From an uncultured Gammaproteobacteria bacterium (GTDB lineage Bacteria; Pseudomonadota; Gammaproteobacteria; GCA-002705445; GCA-002716945), in assembly GCA_902535975.1 (NCBI GenBank), contig CACAVP010000003.1, positions 2,533 through 66,532 of the forward strand: a DNA stretch of 64,000 nt. Reading direction: 5' to 3'. Every line of letters starts with the position of its first letter. Position 1 is the first letter of the stretch. This document shows, in pieces, positions 61,138 to 64,000 of the stretch. The notes beneath the pieces are model-generated. The model did no database searches. It had not been told where the DNA came from and was given only the letters and a program-made list of their open reading frames with translations. The position numbers were made by a program, and so were the translations under genes.

Positions 61138-61809
61138 ATGCTTAATCAAAATTATAATGAAAAAGTAGTCATGCATTCGTCATGTTTAGAATCAATCTCG
61201 TCGCCATGCTCAGGTGTAAAGAGGACTTTGCTTGAAAGAAGTGAAGATAGTGAATATGCAGTTTCTACAACATTGGTAGAATTTAAAGCCGATTCTTTTT
61301 TTGATGAGCATATTCACGACTATGGAGAGGAACTTTTTGTGCTAGAGGGAACTTTTTCTGATGAGTCAGGTGATTATACAGCTGGTACATATATTAGAAA
61401 TCCTCACAACTCGAGACACAAACCATTCAGTAGGGAAGGCTGTAAGCTTTTTGTAAAGTTAAGACAGTTTGATAAATCAGATAGTAAGAGAGTTATTGTT
61501 AATACTGAAAATAAAACATGGTTGCCTGGATTAGTAAAAGGACTGGAAGTTTTACCTCTCCATAACTTTGAGCATGAAAACACTGCACTAGTGAAATGGG
61601 ATGCTAACACTCAGTTTAATTTACATCGTCACTATGGTGGCGAGGAAATTTTTGTAATCGAAGGAACATTTTATGACGAGCATGGCAGTTATCCAAAGTA
61701 TACTTGGATTAGAAGTCCACACATGAGCCAGCACGCGCCATATACACTTAATGATGGTGCTGTCATATTTGTTAAAACTGGTCATCTACTTAAGAAGATA
61801 AATGAATAA
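61138..61809 (+). CDS. Bicupin protein (ChrR-type cupin domains, no anti-sigma N-domain)
   Basis: 223 aa with two internal repeats of H.H..GEE.FV.EG.F.DE.G.Y......R.P..S.H.P. It has no zinc-binding anti-sigma domain. Confidence 0.7.
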   Translation: MLNQNYNEKVVMHSSCLESISSPCSGVKRTLLERSEDSEYAVSTTLVEFKADSFFDEHIHDYGEELFVLEGTFSDESGDYTAGTYIRNPHNSRHKPFSREGCKLFVKLRQFDKSDSKRVIVNTENKTWLPGLVKGLEVLPLHNFEHENTALVKWDANTQFNLHRHYGGEEIFVIEGTFYDEHGSYPKYTWIRSPHMSQHAPYTLNDGAVIFVKTGHLLKKINE

Positions 61810-63376
61810 TAAAATACTCGCTCTTAAATATCGTCCTAAGTTCTTTAATGAAGTTATTGGACAAGATTTTTGTGTTCAATCTTTAGCTAACTCAATTAAT
61901 TTGAATAAATTGCATAATGCATATTTATTTTCTGGTACCAGGGGTGTTGGTAAGACAACTATAGCAAGGATATTTGCAAAATCCTTATTATGCAAAGAGG
62001 GTATTTCTGAGAGTCCATGTGGAAAATGTGAGTCTTGCCTAGCAATAGACAATAACAATAATCTTGATTTGATAGAAATCGATGCTGCATCTAGAACAAA
62101 GGTAGAGGACACAAGAACACTGATGGAAAATGTTCAATATGCACCGACATCTTCAAGATTCAAGATTTATCTAATAGACGAGGTTCATATGCTGTCTACA
62201 AAAAGTTTTAATGCACTACTTAAAACGATTGAGGAACCTCCTGCGCATGTAAAGTTTCTTCTAGCAACTACAGATCCGGATAAACTTCCAGAGACAGTTA
62301 TATCAAGATGTCTACATTTTAAGCTTGAGTCAATTACAAATGATACTCTCTCTAATCACATCAAGAAAACTCTCGAAAAAGAAAATGTTAAATTTGAAGC
62401 TGAGGTACCAGACATGATTGCTGAGTGCGCAAGAGGTAGCGCACGAGATTCAATGAGTATTCTTGAACAATGTATCTCATACGCCAATGAAAACCTAACA
62501 ACTGATAAAATCTCACACCTTCTGGGTATAATTGATGAAAAAATAATCGATGAGATTGTCAGAAATCTCCTTATTAAACGACTAGATAATATAACAGACC
62601 TTATGGCAACAAATGAGATTCATGATTACTCTAAACTCCTAGACCGCATAACTGAACGAATATTTCAAATCTCAATATCTCGTCAAACAAATAAAAACGC
62701 ATATAACTTACCTGAGCTTTTTCTGGAATGTGTAATTAAGCTTGAGGATTTACAATTATGGTATTCATTACTTCTTCAAGCCAAGGAGGATTTTTATAGC
62801 GCACCATCAAAAGCTGATCATCTTCTTATGATTTTTCTTAGAATAATGCTATTCACAGAGTATCCAAATTCTGATGATATAAAACCTATACTTGAAGAAA
62901 CAACAAGTATAGATAGGATTAAAAAAGAAGAAACAACAGGTGAAGATAAGATTAAAAAAAAAGATGAACTTTTCAATGATATAGGTAACAAAGAGCTCAA
63001 TATATCTTTTGAATCCTGGGCTGCTTTTGTAAATGCACAAGATCTAAAAGGCCTTATGTTAGATTTAGCACAAAATTCATTTATTGAAGTGACGACTGAT
63101 TCCGCAATCCTTTTAGTTGATATTTCGAAAAAAAATATGTATCCAAAAAAATGTGTTGCTGATTTCCTTAATCTTTTATGTAAACACTTTGGAATTGATG
63201 TCGATGTATTAATAGAACATACAGAACAAGTTTCAACGATCTATAAAAAATCTGTTGATGAAAATATCAAATCAAAAGAAGATATGTACGATTCAATTAA
63301 AGATAACAATATTATTAAGGATATTGAAGATATATTTGATGCTAAGATAGATAAAGATAACATAAGTAAATTATAA
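61802..63376 (+). CDS. dnaX: DNA polymerase III subunit tau (with candidate gamma recoding site)
   Basis: 524 aa with an AAA+ clamp-loader core (GTRGVGKTT, zinc module CGKCESC, DEVHML, SRC motif). Confidence 0.94.
   Translation: MNNKILALKYRPKFFNEVIGQDFCVQSLANSINLNKLHNAYLFSGTRGVGKTTIARIFAKSLLCKEGISESPCGKCESCLAIDNNNNLDLIEIDAASRTKVEDTRTLMENVQYAPTSSRFKIYLIDEVHMLSTKSFNALLKTIEEPPAHVKFLLATTDPDKLPETVISRCLHFKLESITNDTLSNHIKKTLEKENVKFEAEVPDMIAECARGSARDSMSILEQCISYANENLTTDKISHLLGIIDEKIIDEIVRNLLIKRLDNITDLMATNEIHDYSKLLDRITERIFQISISRQTNKNAYNLPELFLECVIKLEDLQLWYSLLLQAKEDFYSAPSKADHLLMIFLRIMLFTEYPNSDDIKPILEETTSIDRIKKEETTGEDKIKKKDELFNDIGNKELNISFESWAAFVNAQDLKGLMLDLAQNSFIEVTTDSAILLVDISKKNMYPKKCVADFLNLLCKHFGIDVDVLIEHTEQVSTIYKKSVDENIKSKEDMYDSIKDNNIIKDIEDIFDAKIDKDNISKL
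62894..62959 (+). repeat. Two tandem imperfect 33-bp copies inside dnaX (EETTSIDRIKK / EETTGEDKIKK)
   Basis: Copy 1 (62894-62926) is gaagaaacaacaagtatagataggattaaaaaa. Copy 2 (62927-62959) is gaagaaacaacaggtgaagataagattaaaaaa. Confidence 0.85.
62954..62962 (+). promoter_or_regulatory. A9 slippery tract in dnaX (candidate -1 frameshift / transcriptional slippage site)
   Basis: The A AAA AAA heptamer is in the X XXY YYZ phase. The -1 frame reads AGA UGA immediately afterwards. An SD-like AGGUGA ends 10 nt upstream. Confidence 0.45.
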
Positions 63377-63387
63377 CGGAGAGCAAG

Positions 63388-63696
63388 ATGGGCATGTTTG
63401 ATAAAATGAAAGAGGCTAAAAATATGTATAGTAATATTAAGAAGGCTCAAAACGAAATAAATAAAATCCAAGTTGAAGGAGTATCTGGCGCAGGTGCAGT
63501 AAAGGTAGTAGTGAAGGGTAATCATCAAATCGTAAGTATTTCTATTGATGAGGAAGTATCAAAAGGAAATAAAAAAATACTCGAGGATTACATTGTTGCA
63601 GCGTGTAATGATGCGATGAATAAATTAGAAAAAGAAACTAAAGAAAAAATGGGAAGCGTAATGAATTTACCTGGAGGTATGAAGCTCCCATTCTAA
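63388..63696 (+). CDS. ybaB: YbaB/EbfC nucleoid-associated protein
   Basis: 102 aa. The dnaX-ybaB-recR order is conserved, and the sequence shows the typical coiled pattern (VKVVVKGNHQIVSISID). Confidence 0.88.
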   Translation: MGMFDKMKEAKNMYSNIKKAQNEINKIQVEGVSGAGAVKVVVKGNHQIVSISIDEEVSKGNKKILEDYIVAACNDAMNKLEKETKEKMGSVMNLPGGMKLPF

Positions 63697-63701
63697 GTGA
63701 A

Positions 63702-64000
63702 ATGATCAAATCGAAATATCTTGAGAATCTTGTTGATGCCTTAACCATCCTTCCAGGAATAGGAAGAAAAAGTGCTCAACGTATGGCATACGAACTTCTA
63801 AATTCTAATCCAGAAAAATCATTGTATCTATCACAAGAATTACAAAATATAGATACTAGAATTTCAAAATGTAAAATTTGTGGCTTATACATGGATTTTG
63901 AAGAGGTCGAAAAACAAAGTGAAGATTCGTGCCATGTGTGCGAAAGGCAAAATCGAGATACATCTATAGTCTGCGTGGTTGGATCTGCGAGCGATGTTTA
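63702..64000 (+). CDS. recR: Recombination protein RecR (3' end truncated by window edge)
   Basis: My own translation from ATG 63702 is MIKSKYLENLVDALTILPGIGRKSAQRMAYELL...C4 zinc finger CKICG...CHVC. It is absent from the ORF track because there is no stop codon inside the window. Confidence 0.88.
   Translation, partial: MIKSKYLENLVDALTILPGIGRKSAQRMAYELLNSNPEKSLYLSQELQNIDTRISKCKICGLYMDFEEVEKQSEDSCHVCERQNRDTSIVCVVGSASDV

Noticed and set aside
57693-61809. tRNA-flanked region considered as a genomic island or integrative element
   Set aside because: I found no integrase, transposase, phage gene or direct repeat of a tRNA 3' end. The genes are tightly chained into the downstream core operon dnaX-ybaB-recR.
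62920-62927. AAAAAAG at the end of the first dnaX repeat copy, which is identical to the E. coli dnaX slippery heptamer
   Set aside because: It is in the wrong phase. The zero-frame codons are AAA AAA GAA, preceded by U, so it is not an X XXY YYZ site. It also lacks an upstream SD-like element.
62818-63040. Two overlapping antisense ORFs (62818-63000 and 62849-63040) in the dnaX linker
   Set aside because: They are products of the low-complexity A/G-rich repeat region read on the opposite strand, with no independent support.

Overview
This is a very AT-rich, extremely gene-dense chromosomal segment with about 75 protein genes and 3 tRNAs. I found no rRNA genes, CRISPR arrays, transposases or integrases. 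Gene content and order look gammaproteobacterial, and the sulfur genes suggest a streamlined sulfur oxidiser such as SUP05/Thioglobus or a vesicomyid-clam-symbiont relative; that lineage guess is inference only.

Gene order across the window:
- Cell-wall and division (dcw) cluster: mraY-murD-ftsW-murG-murC-murB-ddl-ftsQ-ftsA, followed directly by lpxC.
- Then secA, argJ, a Nudix/TenI fusion, zapD-coaE, nadE, bamD/rluD-pgeF and an RND efflux pair.
- Then two tandem monoheme cytochromes c, aspS, nadA, yebC, ruvC and queEC.
- Sulfur neighbourhood: yeeE, tRNA-Lys, soxXYZA, an M48 protease and tusA.
- Then ilvIHC-pssA, leuA, udg, rimI, bolA, trpS, scpAB, mogA and surE-pcm.
- Then hom-thrC, trxB, ftsK, serS, two tRNA-Ser genes bracketing an MFS transporter, an orphan-ugd-ferredoxin-bicupin block, and dnaX-ybaB-recR.

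Observations most worth a second look:
1. ftsZ is absent from its canonical ftsA-lpxC slot, although ftsA and zapD are intact.
2. dnaX carries an in-phase A9 slippery tract. An SD-like AGGUGA lies 10 nt upstream and a -1-frame UGA lies two codons downstream, which suggests tau/gamma recoding. A 33-bp tandem duplication sits immediately upstream of the tract.
3. ilvC is frameshifted in an A8 tract, and the conserved C-terminus continues in the +1 frame.
4. TATAAT boxes recur 6-12 nt upstream of start codons that lack a Shine-Dalgarno sequence. One case is a 12-bp palindrome serving divergent bamD and rluD. These are candidate leaderless transcripts.
5. All ten convergent gene junctions abut or overlap, which leaves no room for intergenic terminators.

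I did not find an obvious self-contained novel multi-gene system such as a defence island. All calls rest on reading the ORF translations and the DNA by eye, with no database search.
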